Shown here: positions 1 to 9,849 of the stretch, one piece after another
Layout of the letters: the number at the start of each line of letters is the position of its first letter
Position numbering within the stretch: position 1 is the stretch's first letter
Origin: a virus
Lineage: Duplodnaviria > Caudoviricetes
Direction: 5' to 3' (one strand)
Length of the DNA: 64,000 bases
IMG/VR virus record: IMGVR_UViG_3300049472_000073
Location: 24,155 to 88,154 of that record
Translations under genes and position numbers: made by a program
The notes under the pieces: generated by a model
Seen by the model: only the letters and a program-made list of their open reading frames with translations
Database searches by the model: none
What the model was told of the DNA's origin: nothing

Positions 1-1
1 T

Positions 2-424
2 ACTGCTTCAAACTACACACCTGCTCAAGTAGGTAGTGAAGGTAGTGACAAAGTATCAAGTCACTTAAAAGGTATTGATACAGCCCTAGGTTCTATTACA
101 GGAACTAACGGAGATATTGCACATACAAGCTTTACTGCTGCTGATAACCAAGCTAGCCCAGCTAATATAACTGGATTTGCTTTTGCTAACGGTACTGTAA
201 GGTCGTTTAAAGCCCTAGTATCTATTATTAGAGGCTCTACCTATGAAGTACGTGAAGTAATGGGTATACAGAAAGCTGCTAGCTGGACGTTTGCTGAGAC
301 TAAGAACGGAGATAACACTGGTGTTGAATTTTCAATGACAACTGGTGGTCAAATGCAGTATACTAGTACGAATACTGGTAATACAGCTACAATTAAGTTT
401 AGGGCTATAGTGACCCAGGTATAA
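2..424 (+). CDS. 3' end of a probable tail fibre/virion protein (partial, starts before the window)
   Basis: Hand translation of frame 2 is open to TAA 422-424 (...GDIAHTSFTAADNQASPANITGFAFANGTVRSFKALVSI...TIKFRAIVTQV*). T/G/S-rich and beta-strand-like, at the head of the virion module. Confidence 0.6.
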   Translation, partial: TASNYTPAQVGSEGSDKVSSHLKGIDTALGSITGTNGDIAHTSFTAADNQASPANITGFAFANGTVRSFKALVSIIRGSTYEVREVMGIQKAASWTFAETKNGDNTGVEFSMTTGGQMQYTSTNTGNTATIKFRAIVTQV

Positions 425-436
425 TAGGAGCATAAA

Positions 437-817
437 ATGAGTAACTTTAACGATCTAGACATGAACCAAATCATTAAAAAGATGATTGACCCTGAGACAT
501 TAACTCTCAAGGTACTTCCTCAAATGCAAGGAGACATTCAGATCGAATTAAGTGCTCAAGATGGAGACTCTGTATCTGTTCGTCCTATCTGTGGAGCAGT
601 AGTAGTACTGGAGCCTAATGAAGTAATGGACGTAGCACACGCTAGAAGCCTATTTATAAGCTCTGTAAGCCCAATGGCTCGTATTTTAGCTAGTATAGAT
701 CAAGAAACATGGCATGAAATAGCTGCCAATGTAGCTCATTTAAACGTAGATAACGCGGCCTTTATGTTTTTAAAGGTAGAAGCTAGTAATTCAGTAAAGG
801 TTTTGGCTAAGGGGTAA
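437..817 (+). CDS. hypothetical protein in the virion module
   Basis: ORF track; AGGAG RBS upstream. Confidence 0.7.
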   Translation: MSNFNDLDMNQIIKKMIDPETLTLKVLPQMQGDIQIELSAQDGDSVSVRPICGAVVVLEPNEVMDVAHARSLFISSVSPMARILASIDQETWHEIAANVAHLNVDNAAFMFLKVEASNSVKVLAKG

Positions 818-820
818 TAT

Positions 821-985
821 ATGGACGGTAATTACAAGACAGTATATCCTGAAAAGAAGAAATGGCCTACTGAAGAACAGCAAAAACGTGCTGAACAGTT
901 TGAAAAGGGTTTTAATAAGAAGCCAGAAATGCCTGGTATGTTTGAGAAGCTAAAAGAGTTGTTCCGAAAGAAAGAACAAAAGTAA
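821..985 (+). CDS. small basic hypothetical protein (54 aa, MDGNYKTVYPEKKKW...), not in the ORF track
   Basis: Hand translation fills the gap exactly; its TAA overlaps the next ATG (TAATG at 983-987). Confidence 0.6.
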   Translation: MDGNYKTVYPEKKKWPTEEQQKRAEQFEKGFNKKPEMPGMFEKLKELFRKKEQK

Positions 986-1359
986 TGGCTAAACTTTCCC
1001 TAAACAAGAGCAATAAGTCCTTAGTACAGCCTAAAGCTGTTTTAGAGCCTATTGTTATTGAAAAAGAAGTCATTAAAGAGGTAATTAAGGAAGTCAGAGT
1101 AGAAATACCTGTAATCCAGACTGTTACCGTTGAGAAGATAGTAGAAAAGATCGTCAATGTTCCTGTAGAAGTTAAAGTACAGGAAGTAGTTGAAGTTATT
1201 AAGGAAGTTCCAGTAGAAGTCATTAAAGTGGTTAAAGAACCTGTATATGTTACTTCTGTCGAGTATATAGATAAGATCAAAGTTCACTACAAAATCCCTG
1301 CTTGGGCTAAATTGCTCATTATAGTAGAGGGATTAATGTTATTAATAACAAATATTTAA
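985..1359 (+). CDS. V/E/K/I/P-repeat (articulin/alveolin-like) protein with C-terminal TM helix
   Basis: Repeats EKEVIKEVIKEV, VEKIVEKIV, VIKEVPVEVIKVVKEPV; hydrophobic tail WAKLLIIVEGLMLLI. Confidence 0.65.
   Translation: MAKLSLNKSNKSLVQPKAVLEPIVIEKEVIKEVIKEVRVEIPVIQTVTVEKIVEKIVNVPVEVKVQEVVEVIKEVPVEVIKVVKEPVYVTSVEYIDKIKVHYKIPAWAKLLIIVEGLMLLITNI
1346..1354 (+). promoter_or_regulatory. candidate late-promoter motif TAACAAATA
   Basis: Identical 9-mer also at 7234, 56095 and 59770, each just before a + strand gene start. Confidence 0.55.
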
Positions 1360-1373
1360 GGGAGAATAGTATT

Positions 1374-1727
1374 ATGATGAAGAAATTAATGGAAGAAATG
1401 GCTAATAAAGACGGGAAAATGAGTCCTGAAGATAAAGAAGCCAAAGTTGCCGTTTTGAAAGCACTTAAAAAAGTAGCTGGAGAATTAATGGCTGATATTA
1501 TGAATGAGAAAATGGCTCCTGAGTCCATGAAGCAAGTTACTGTAGCTGCTGCTGATGAAGAAGGTCTTAAAGAAGGTCTTGAGAAAGCAGAAGAAGTAGT
1601 CGAGAAGCTCCCTGGAATGGAAGAGTCCGAAGAATCTGAAGACGAAGAAATGATGGCTGAAAATGATGGCGAAGAGTCTGATGAAGATAAACTCCGTAAC
1701 CTTTTAGCTAAGAAACAAAACGCATAG
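1374..1727 (+). CDS. acidic hypothetical protein (possible assembly or scaffold factor)
   Basis: ORF track; GGGAG RBS; E/D-rich C-terminus. Confidence 0.65.
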   Translation: MMKKLMEEMANKDGKMSPEDKEAKVAVLKALKKVAGELMADIMNEKMAPESMKQVTVAAADEEGLKEGLEKAEEVVEKLPGMEESEESEDEEMMAENDGEESDEDKLRNLLAKKQNA

Positions 1728-1763
1728 TACCTTAGATAAGTACTCAAACAAGGAGGAAATTCT

Positions 1764-2726
1764 ATGGCAGTACCAGGATATTACACAGCATCTGACTTAA
1801 TAGAGAGCGCAAAAGTGCGTTGTCTAGTTCCTGTTGATGAAGTTACATTTAAAGAAGAAGATTTGCTACGTTTTGCTAACGAAGAGATTCAAAACACAAT
1901 TCTCCCTTATGTTTTGAGACTCAAAGAAGAGTTTTACGTCGTTAGAGAATACTTACAGACTTCTACCAATAAAGTAGCTTATTCTATTCCTTACCGAGCT
2001 ATTGGAAATAAAGTCCGACAGTTGTACTTTACTAATGTACCTAACAGAACTGGTACTATGAATGCGTTAAATCGTATTCAGCCAGAAGATATCAATTTCT
2101 CCTATGCTGGTACTGATGTTAATCAGTTCTACGTAGAAAATAGTGAGATTACCTTTCCTGTAGCTAGTATGCCAGCAGGGTATGTTGAGATGTCCTACTA
2201 CTTGCGGCCTAATAAACTAGTAAAAGCTAGTAGAGTAGGTATCATTGCAGATATTGATCGTACTAATGGTATCATTACCGTCTCTAATAACATTTTCCCT
2301 AGTAACCTTGTATCAGGAACACAAGTAGACTTCCTACAGTCTAAGCCTATATACAAAAACTACGCATGGGATATTGATATTGTAGCTGTAAATACGACTA
2401 CTAAGCAAATTACTGTGGCTGCTGCTTCTATTCCAGAAGGTTTAGTAGTAGGGGATTTAATTGCTACTGCTGGAGAGACTATTGTCCCTCAGATCCCAAC
2501 AGAACTTATGTCATTTTTATCTCAGTGCATTGCATTACGCATTCTTGAAGCTCAAGGAGATATTGATAATTATAAAGCAGCATCAGAGAAGCTAAAACAG
2601 ATGTCTGATTCTCTTATTCACTTACTTGACTCACGTACTGAAGGTAATCCTCAGAAGTTTAACAATAACAATAAAGGTATTCTAAGACAGAACATCTCAG
2701 GTTCTCGTAGAAGAAAACGCTGGTAA
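1764..2726 (+). CDS. tail tubular protein A / head-tail adaptor-like
   Basis: Size and position before a large nozzle-like gene; N-terminal helical region (LLRFANEEIQ) and C-terminal FLSQCIALRILEAQGD, typical of gp11-like adaptors. Confidence 0.55.
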   Translation: MAVPGYYTASDLIESAKVRCLVPVDEVTFKEEDLLRFANEEIQNTILPYVLRLKEEFYVVREYLQTSTNKVAYSIPYRAIGNKVRQLYFTNVPNRTGTMNALNRIQPEDINFSYAGTDVNQFYVENSEITFPVASMPAGYVEMSYYLRPNKLVKASRVGIIADIDRTNGIITVSNNIFPSNLVSGTQVDFLQSKPIYKNYAWDIDIVAVNTTTKQITVAAASIPEGLVVGDLIATAGETIVPQIPTELMSFLSQCIALRILEAQGDIDNYKAASEKLKQMSDSLIHLLDSRTEGNPQKFNNNNKGILRQNISGSRRRKRW

Positions 2727-2731
2727 ATAAA

Positions 2732-5700
2732 ATGGCTGATGTAGTTGTTCTAAAATGTTCAGGGTTAAATACTGATCCTAACAATCTTGGCAGCGTTCCT
2801 AACGGTGCTTTGGTACAAGCAGATAACATTTACATCTCTAGATCAGACATTGCAGAGCCACGTAGAGGATTTAAAGTCTACGGTGACTCTTTTGGTATAG
2901 CAAGTGATAGAGCTAAACAGCTATTACAATACAAAGAACAGGTTTTACGTCATTATGGCTCAGTATTACAAAGGGATAACGGCTCAGGCACGTTTACTTC
3001 CTACGCTGAATCAGTTAATGAGGTAATCGCCGGAACTAAAATAAAGTATACCGAACAAAACGGTAACTTATACTTCACTTCTGCTGAAGGTATACGTAAA
3101 CTAGACGCTCTTACTAGCCCAATCACATTGGCTGGTGGAGTAAAAGCCTTAGATGTTGAAGCTCAACTAGTAGATGCTGAAGGTTTCTTTAATCAAGACT
3201 CTCAAGTAGCCTATAGAGTTCTATGGGGCTATAAAGATCTTAATAATAATATCATTTACGGAACTCCTTCTCAACGAGCTATCGTAATTAACTCTATTTT
3301 GAGCTTACTTACTAGCGATATGACCAAGCTTACCGAGAGATTAGACCTAGACCCAGGTGTAACTGACACCAATTATAACTCTTTATACGCTTTTAATGGT
3401 ACAGAGACCGAAACTCAAGCTTATGACAAGCTAAAGAACTTAGCAGCTAAGCTAAATAAAGATGCTACAGTAGTTAGTACTGATTTTGCTGCTTCTGGTA
3501 AACAAAATGAGACCACTATCGTATGTGGAGACGCTGCTTCACTCACCACTGGAGATTATTTCTTAGTTAATTCTGCAAATGATGAAACAAAATACTACGT
3601 TTGGTATAATAAAGACGGTGGTGGTGGAGATCCAGCCCTATTAGGATACACAGGTATCGCTGTAGTTATTTCCACAGGTAATACAAACGTACAAGTAGCT
3701 ACAGCTACAGCAGCAGCTTTAAATGCTGCGGCTAGTTTCAATTCTGAATCGTCCTCATTTACTGTAATTGTTCGTAACGTATTAGAAGGTGCTTGCATGG
3801 AAACTGCTGATAGCACTTCTAACCAAACGGAATTTGATTTCACAACAACCCAGTCAGGCAGCACTTTAGAAGCTCCTGATTTTACACAAGTACAACAAGC
3901 TTTTGATAGCATTGTTGATAAACTAAACGTAGACGGTGAGACCGAAGAAACCACCGTCAATTTCGTAGCAGGTAATCTTTATGCTTCAGCAGGAATGGCT
4001 GACTATTTCGATATTTTTTCTCCTGACAGTACTCAAATTCCTCCATCTGGTCACGACCTTTACAGGGTCTGGTTCAATGTAGGAACTGTAACAGCTCCTA
4101 CTGGTGGTCCTGGCATCACTCTGGTAGAAGTACTACTCAGTGGTACTGAAACTGATGTTCAAGTAGCTGAAAAAGTAGCTACAGCTTTAGCGGCCTATGA
4201 TTTTATCGTAGGTATTGTAGCTAACCCAATGATCATTCAGGCACCTAAAACAGGTACGGTAACTGACGCTGCTGAAACCGTAGCTGATGCTGGATTTACA
4301 GTAACCGCTTCTACAAGTGGTACTGGATCGTCTTATCTATATCAAAACAGTACTCAGTCACAACAAGTACAGTTAACCTTTACTATACCTTCTGAGGTAA
4401 TAAATGCTGCTGTACCTACTGATTACTTCTATCAACTATACCGATCTAGCTTATCTATCTCTGGAGATGTTTCTCCTGATGATAATCTTCAATTAGTATA
4501 CGAATCTAACCCTACTCCTGCTGAAGTAACAGCTAAACTTGTTACAGTAATAGATATTACTCCTGATTCATTCAGAGGGGCTAACCTTTATACTAATCCT
4601 AACCAAGAAGGTATTGTTCAGTCAAATGAAAAACCACCTTTGGCTAAGGATATTGCTGCATATAAGAACTCTTTGTTCTACGCTAATACTAGTTCTGTAC
4701 AACGTAAAGAACTTAGTATGCTTGCTATTACGGATTTAGTTCCTGTGAATGGTCAGATAGAAGAGTTTTCAGCATCACTACCTAACGTAGTAAACATCTC
4801 TTCTGTGGGCCATGAACTATCTACTGGTAACTCAGTTACTATTTCTGGTTCTAGCGAGCCACTACTAAACGGTACATTTACCGTTACTGTAATAGACGAT
4901 GATACCTTCTCTATTCCTTTAACAGGAGTACTACTACCAGGTGATACTGGTATCTGGACTAGAAATAGTGCTGGATTTTCTAAGCTTACGTTTAAATCTG
5001 GACTAAATCAATTTGATATTAAGTTTGGTAACTACGAAGATATTACTACTGGAGTAGTTAAGTTATCTATATTAGATACCCCTGCTCAACAAGTAGATGA
5101 GACTGCTAAAAACATGTGTAAGGTAATGAACCGTTACACTGGTAATACATTCTTAAACGCATTTTATATTTCTGGAGTAGATGATCTACCAGGTAAAATG
5201 CTATTTGAAGCTCGTACTCTTAGTACTGCTCAATTTGGAATAGGTGCTGAGAGCACAGGATTAAATACTACTGGAAATCAATTCAGTCCCACTATTCCTT
5301 TGTTCCCAGCTACTACTGATTCTGATAATCAACAAAATCCTAATAGGGTTTATTATTCTAAGTTCCAACAACCTGAAGCTGTACCTGCTCTTAACTACCT
5401 TGAGGTAGGAGGAAAAGATTCTCCTATTAAACGTATGGTGGCTCTAAGAGACAGTCTGTTTGTATTTAAAACTGACGGTATTTACCGCATTAGTGGTAAC
5501 GACATCACAAGCCTTAACCTTCAGCTATTTGATAACTCTCTACATATATTGGCCCCTGAGACTGCGGCTGTAGGATCTAACCAGATCTACGTAGTAACGG
5601 ATCAAGGTATTGTAGCTGTATCTGATGTAGGTATTAGACCTATTGACGCAAATAAGATCAGTGATACGTTAGTAGTCCCTTTACTAGGACATCCTAACCT

Positions 5701-6829
5701 AGAGCAAATTGCTTTTGGTTTCTTCTATCAAACAGAAGGACAGTATTACTGCTGGATGCCAAGTAGCAACACCGATACTGTGGCTACTCAATGTTTTGTA
5801 TTTAATACAAACTCTGAAGCCTGGACTAGACTCCCTATTGCTAAGACATGTGGTATGGTATCTGAAACTACGGACAAGATTTATTTAGGTACGGATGACC
5901 TAAACAATATTGAAATTGAACGTAAGACTCTTTCATATAGAGATTATGCTGATAGAGAGTATCAAAATCAGATATCCGTACAAAACGGATTTGATTTAAT
6001 ATTACCTTCTGTAGACTTAATTGAAATAGGAGATGTTATTCAACAAGCGGAGTATCTAACTCCTTTTAAGTTTAACAGAGTCCTAGCTAAATGTGATCAA
6101 GATTCAGGTATGCCAGAATCAGATTTCTATAGTACTTTAGCAGTAGATACTAAAGCTGAACTCAGAGCTGCTATTGACGCTCTAGTTGTCAAGTTAAACG
6201 CACAGAGTCCTGCATTAGGCAACGTATACTCTGCTGGGGTAGCAACGACACCTTCTGGTATACAAAGCGATTTTAACGCTATTGTGGCTCTTTTAAACAC
6301 AGATACTTCTCTTGCTTTAGGTAATTACCCTGAGTCAGAGCACACTCATTTACTAGAAGTTAAGGTAGAGTCTATTGACGCTGCTAATCAGACCGTAACT
6401 GTTAATATCCAGTTTGACTGGGATCTGTGGGACGTAACACATTATAAAGCTATTGAAACTATTGTTGAGTGGGCACCTATACACGCAGGTAATCCTGGAG
6501 TACTAAAGCAATTTAGAGACTCTAACCTAATGTTTAGCGAAACCCTAGCTACTCAGATGTTCTTAGCGTTTAGAACTGATACATATAGAGACTTTGAAGA
6601 GATCACGCTTAATAACCGTGGATCTATTGGCTGGGGACTATCTACATGGGGTGAAGCTCCTTGGGGTGATGGTATTGAACCTGGAGCCTATAGGACCTAT
6701 GTACCTAAGTTCAAACAAAGAGCTAGATACTTAAACCCACGATTTAGACATAAAAGAGGCTTTGAGTATAATCATTTAGTTGGACTTTCTATTACCTTTG
6801 ATGCTATAATAAATAGAATAAGTAGGTAA
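2732..6829 (+). CDS. tail tubular protein B / nozzle-like protein (1365 aa) with inserted domains
   Basis: N-terminus GLNTDPN...ADNIYISR...PRRGF; NRVYYSKFQQPEAVP and LFVFKTDGIYRISG propeller-like segments typical of gp12-like proteins. Confidence 0.65.
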   Translation: MADVVVLKCSGLNTDPNNLGSVPNGALVQADNIYISRSDIAEPRRGFKVYGDSFGIASDRAKQLLQYKEQVLRHYGSVLQRDNGSGTFTSYAESVNEVIAGTKIKYTEQNGNLYFTSAEGIRKLDALTSPITLAGGVKALDVEAQLVDAEGFFNQDSQVAYRVLWGYKDLNNNIIYGTPSQRAIVINSILSLLTSDMTKLTERLDLDPGVTDTNYNSLYAFNGTETETQAYDKLKNLAAKLNKDATVVSTDFAASGKQNETTIVCGDAASLTTGDYFLVNSANDETKYYVWYNKDGGGGDPALLGYTGIAVVISTGNTNVQVATATAAALNAAASFNSESSSFTVIVRNVLEGACMETADSTSNQTEFDFTTTQSGSTLEAPDFTQVQQAFDSIVDKLNVDGETEETTVNFVAGNLYASAGMADYFDIFSPDSTQIPPSGHDLYRVWFNVGTVTAPTGGPGITLVEVLLSGTETDVQVAEKVATALAAYDFIVGIVANPMIIQAPKTGTVTDAAETVADAGFTVTASTSGTGSSYLYQNSTQSQQVQLTFTIPSEVINAAVPTDYFYQLYRSSLSISGDVSPDDNLQLVYESNPTPAEVTAKLVTVIDITPDSFRGANLYTNPNQEGIVQSNEKPPLAKDIAAYKNSLFYANTSSVQRKELSMLAITDLVPVNGQIEEFSASLPNVVNISSVGHELSTGNSVTISGSSEPLLNGTFTVTVIDDDTFSIPLTGVLLPGDTGIWTRNSAGFSKLTFKSGLNQFDIKFGNYEDITTGVVKLSILDTPAQQVDETAKNMCKVMNRYTGNTFLNAFYISGVDDLPGKMLFEARTLSTAQFGIGAESTGLNTTGNQFSPTIPLFPATTDSDNQQNPNRVYYSKFQQPEAVPALNYLEVGGKDSPIKRMVALRDSLFVFKTDGIYRISGNDITSLNLQLFDNSLHILAPETAAVGSNQIYVVTDQGIVAVSDVGIRPIDANKISDTLVVPLLGHPNLEQIAFGFFYQTEGQYYCWMPSSNTDTVATQCFVFNTNSEAWTRLPIAKTCGMVSETTDKIYLGTDDLNNIEIERKTLSYRDYADREYQNQISVQNGFDLILPSVDLIEIGDVIQQAEYLTPFKFNRVLAKCDQDSGMPESDFYSTLAVDTKAELRAAIDALVVKLNAQSPALGNVYSAGVATTPSGIQSDFNAIVALLNTDTSLALGNYPESEHTHLLEVKVESIDAANQTVTVNIQFDWDLWDVTHYKAIETIVEWAPIHAGNPGVLKQFRDSNLMFSETLATQMFLAFRTDTYRDFEEITLNNRGSIGWGLSTWGEAPWGDGIEPGAYRTYVPKFKQRARYLNPRFRHKRGFEYNHLVGLSITFDAIINRISR

Positions 6830-6833
6830 TAAT

Positions 6834-7232
6834 ATGGCTAAACTAGGAATTATAAAAAGACTAGTAGACACCGATTTTCCTAAAAAGTACAGCGATCTGC
6901 TTCCAAACCTATTTGGAGCTATAAATCAGTTTATAGATCAAACCAGCTACGCTCTAAATAAAAGTCTAACCTTCTCTGATAACTTTGCTGCCCTAGATAC
7001 TGAAATTCAGGTAACTGGTAACGGAGCAGGTTCTTTTGTAAAGTGGCCTTATGCTATACCCTGTAAAGGGGCTATGGTTCTAATGGTCACTAATAACACC
7101 AATTCTACTGCTGTGTTAGCTTCTGCTCCCTTTGTAGAGTTTGAAGCTTCAGTAGGTCAGATCACTATAAAGAACATCACAGGACTACAAACCAACAACA
7201 AATACACTCTTAGAGTAGTATTTTTCACATAA
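6834..7232 (+). CDS. small virion protein
   Basis: ORF track; between the nozzle gene and the ejection-protein genes. Confidence 0.55.
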   Translation: MAKLGIIKRLVDTDFPKKYSDLLPNLFGAINQFIDQTSYALNKSLTFSDNFAALDTEIQVTGNGAGSFVKWPYAIPCKGAMVLMVTNNTNSTAVLASAPFVEFEASVGQITIKNITGLQTNNKYTLRVVFFT

Positions 7233-7233
7233 G

Positions 7234-7242
7234 TAACAAATA
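7234..7242 (+). promoter_or_regulatory. candidate late-promoter motif TAACAAATA
   Basis: Intergenic; ATG lies 20 nt after the motif end, the same spacing as the copy at 1346. Confidence 0.55.
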
Positions 7243-7261
7243 TTCATAGGGAAATATATAA

Positions 7262-8890
7262 ATGGCAGGTCAAAATCCGTTAAATCCAGAACTAGATCAA
7301 GAGCAAGACGAAGGTCAGCCTCAACAACAGCAAGGTGCTGTCATGGGTGCTCCTCAAGCTCCTACTGCCCCTGGTGGTATGCAACAGGTACAGCCTGGTG
7401 CTCCACAACAACAAAAAGGTTCTGGTTCATTTACTAATATTCAAAACTTCTTAGGCGCTAATAAGAACTTTGCTCAAAAGCAAGGTGGATTAGCTGGTAA
7501 AATGGCTGGTAAAATTGGTACTCAAGTAGGCCAAGCTAAAACTACTTTGGCTGGTGAGCGTCAAAAGTTTGGAGAGACCCTTGGAAATATTAAACAAGGA
7601 GCAGTTCAAACCAAACAAGCTATGGAACCTTCTTTAGGTTTCTTAGGATCTGATACTGGTACTAAGTTTGCACAGAAATTTGAAAGAGATGCTGAAGGTA
7701 ATCTAAAAATAAAAGCTGTTCAACCTGCTGCTGCACAACCAGCACAAGCTACAGCCGAACCCACAGCACCTGCTTTAACTGCTGAAGAAGCACAAGCCAA
7801 TGTTAGAAAAGCTCTTGAAATGAAATATGCTGGTCCTGAAAGACTAGGATCAGAAAAAGAATTAGAAATACAAAAACAGTCGTTAAACGAACTAGGACAA
7901 GCTACCGCTAATCAAGAAGGTAGATTTGGACTATTAAAGAAGTTCTTTGGAAGACCTACTTATAATGCTGGTCAACAACGACTAGACAATTTATTGGTAC
8001 AAGGTAATCAAGGACAATTAAAAGATTTACGTGGTACTCGTCAACAGACTGCACAATTTAGTGGTGCTTTTGATAAAGCCAGAGGCCAAGCTCTACAAGA
8101 CGTTGCTCAAACTAGAGGTGAAGTACAGGAGATTGCTGGACAAGCAAAAACTCGTACTGGTGAAGTAGCTACTCAAGCTGAACAACAACTTGCTAGAGAC
8201 GTAGAAAACAGAAATAGACTTATTGCTGAAGAGCAAATGTATGGTGAGCAAGGAAGAAATGAATTGCTACAAGCTCTATCTGCTCAGGGACTAGACTTAA
8301 ACGACCTAGGTATTGAATTAGATACACGCTCTGCTTTTGGGGCACCTAATCTTGCATCAGCTAGACTCGCTGAATCTTCTGTTGCTAACTTAGGTAACTT
8401 AGATATAGAACGAGCTAACCGATTAAATGCGTTACGACAACTATCTGGACAAACTAACCTAGTTCCTGTAGGTACTGAGGAAGCTGGTAGTGATATTGAA
8501 GTTGGTTTATCCGATGAAATGAGAAACAGAATTGGTGGATCTATTGGGGACATTAGAGCCTATGCTAAAGCTGCTCAAGGAGCCGATGCTTTCACTGGTG
8601 ATGAAGAAAGACAGTGGAGAGCACGAATGGTTAAGAGTCGCGTAGATGATATTATGAATAGAAATCTAGATCCTAATTTCTTAAGAGAAAATTTTGGTGG
8701 AGACAAAGAAGCTATGAGAAGAGCTTTACAGGCTTATGGTGAACGTGGAAGTGGAGCCTCAAATCTATTCCAGTATGAAAGAGACCTAAGAGACGGATTA
8801 AATTCTAAAGAAGAATTAGTAGGAAGTATCAGACAAGACGTAGGAGCCGACTTACGTAGAAAATTCGGATTTTTAGGAAGGAATAAGTAA
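7262..8890 (+). CDS. probable internal virion (ejection) protein, Q/G/A-rich
   Basis: Low-complexity Q/A/G helical composition; lies after the tail tubular genes. Confidence 0.55.
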   Translation: MAGQNPLNPELDQEQDEGQPQQQQGAVMGAPQAPTAPGGMQQVQPGAPQQQKGSGSFTNIQNFLGANKNFAQKQGGLAGKMAGKIGTQVGQAKTTLAGERQKFGETLGNIKQGAVQTKQAMEPSLGFLGSDTGTKFAQKFERDAEGNLKIKAVQPAAAQPAQATAEPTAPALTAEEAQANVRKALEMKYAGPERLGSEKELEIQKQSLNELGQATANQEGRFGLLKKFFGRPTYNAGQQRLDNLLVQGNQGQLKDLRGTRQQTAQFSGAFDKARGQALQDVAQTRGEVQEIAGQAKTRTGEVATQAEQQLARDVENRNRLIAEEQMYGEQGRNELLQALSAQGLDLNDLGIELDTRSAFGAPNLASARLAESSVANLGNLDIERANRLNALRQLSGQTNLVPVGTEEAGSDIEVGLSDEMRNRIGGSIGDIRAYAKAAQGADAFTGDEERQWRARMVKSRVDDIMNRNLDPNFLRENFGGDKEAMRRALQAYGERGSGASNLFQYERDLRDGLNSKEELVGSIRQDVGADLRRKFGFLGRNK

Positions 8891-8891
8891 T

Positions 8892-9848
8892 ATGGGCTTA
8901 AGATCATCAGGAAACATGGCTAATACAGCAGCAATGGGAGCCGCAACAGGTGGAATGGGGCCTTTAGTAGGTACTGGACTCAACATAGCTGGAGGATTAG
9001 TTACTGGTTTAATGTCAGAAGGAGCTTCTGATGAATTAAGAGCAGCAATAGAAAATCAAGAGATCGTGTCTCTAGAAGATCGTATTGCCCAATATCAACA
9101 GTATAAACAACAAGGACTTTTAACTCCAGAAATGGAAGCAGAGATTCTTGCAAAAGATACCGCATTAGCTAATGTAGTATCTGATCCTCAGTATAAACAA
9201 GCTGAAGTAGAAGCCTTAACACGTATGACTCGTATTGGCCGAGAAGGTATGCTTCTTGGTGATCAAGCTGAACTTGCTAAGCAACGTGAAGAGACTGGTG
9301 CTCAATTACGTGGTGCTCAACAAGCCGTTATGCAAAATAGAGCTGCTAGAGGTTTAGCAGGTAGTGGAGATGAACTAGCTATGCAAATGGCTAATGCTCA
9401 AGCTGCTGCTACTCAACAAGCTCAAGCAGATAGAGATGTTGCTGCTCAAGCACAAGCTCGTAGATTAGAAGCTATTAGTCGTGCAGGTAGCATGGCTGGA
9501 CAAATGTCAGAAAAAGAATATGGTAGAGCTGCTAACGTAGCTAAATCCAGAGATCTTATTGAACAATTCAACGTACAAAACCGTGGTGGAGTTCAACAAA
9601 GAAACGTAGGCTCTAGAAACGTAGCTCAACAAGCTAACTTAAGCGAAAAACAACGTATTGCTGATCAAAATACTCAATTACAGCATCGTCAAGAAGAACA
9701 GAAGATTGCTGCTAGACAAGCTATTGCTGCTCAAAAGAACTTACGTAATCAACAACTTGGTCAGATGAGTAAAGAACAACAATTAGCAGAAGCTGAAGCA
9801 GTCGGTGGAGCTATCAGCTCTACTGGTAAGATGATAGGAGGAATGTAA
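8892..9848 (+). CDS. probable DNA pilot / ejection protein
   Basis: N-terminal glycine-rich hydrophobic segment (GPLVGTGLNIAGGLVTGL) followed by a Q/A coiled coil. Confidence 0.6.
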   Translation: MGLRSSGNMANTAAMGAATGGMGPLVGTGLNIAGGLVTGLMSEGASDELRAAIENQEIVSLEDRIAQYQQYKQQGLLTPEMEAEILAKDTALANVVSDPQYKQAEVEALTRMTRIGREGMLLGDQAELAKQREETGAQLRGAQQAVMQNRAARGLAGSGDELAMQMANAQAAATQQAQADRDVAAQAQARRLEAISRAGSMAGQMSEKEYGRAANVAKSRDLIEQFNVQNRGGVQQRNVGSRNVAQQANLSEKQRIADQNTQLQHRQEEQKIAARQAIAAQKNLRNQQLGQMSKEQQLAEAEAVGGAISSTGKMIGGM

Positions 9849-9849
9849 T

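Noticed and set aside
912-1747. - strand ORFs 912-1280, 1042-1287 and 1319-1747
   Set aside because: Antisense shadows of repetitive + strand genes that have proper RBSs and tight packing.
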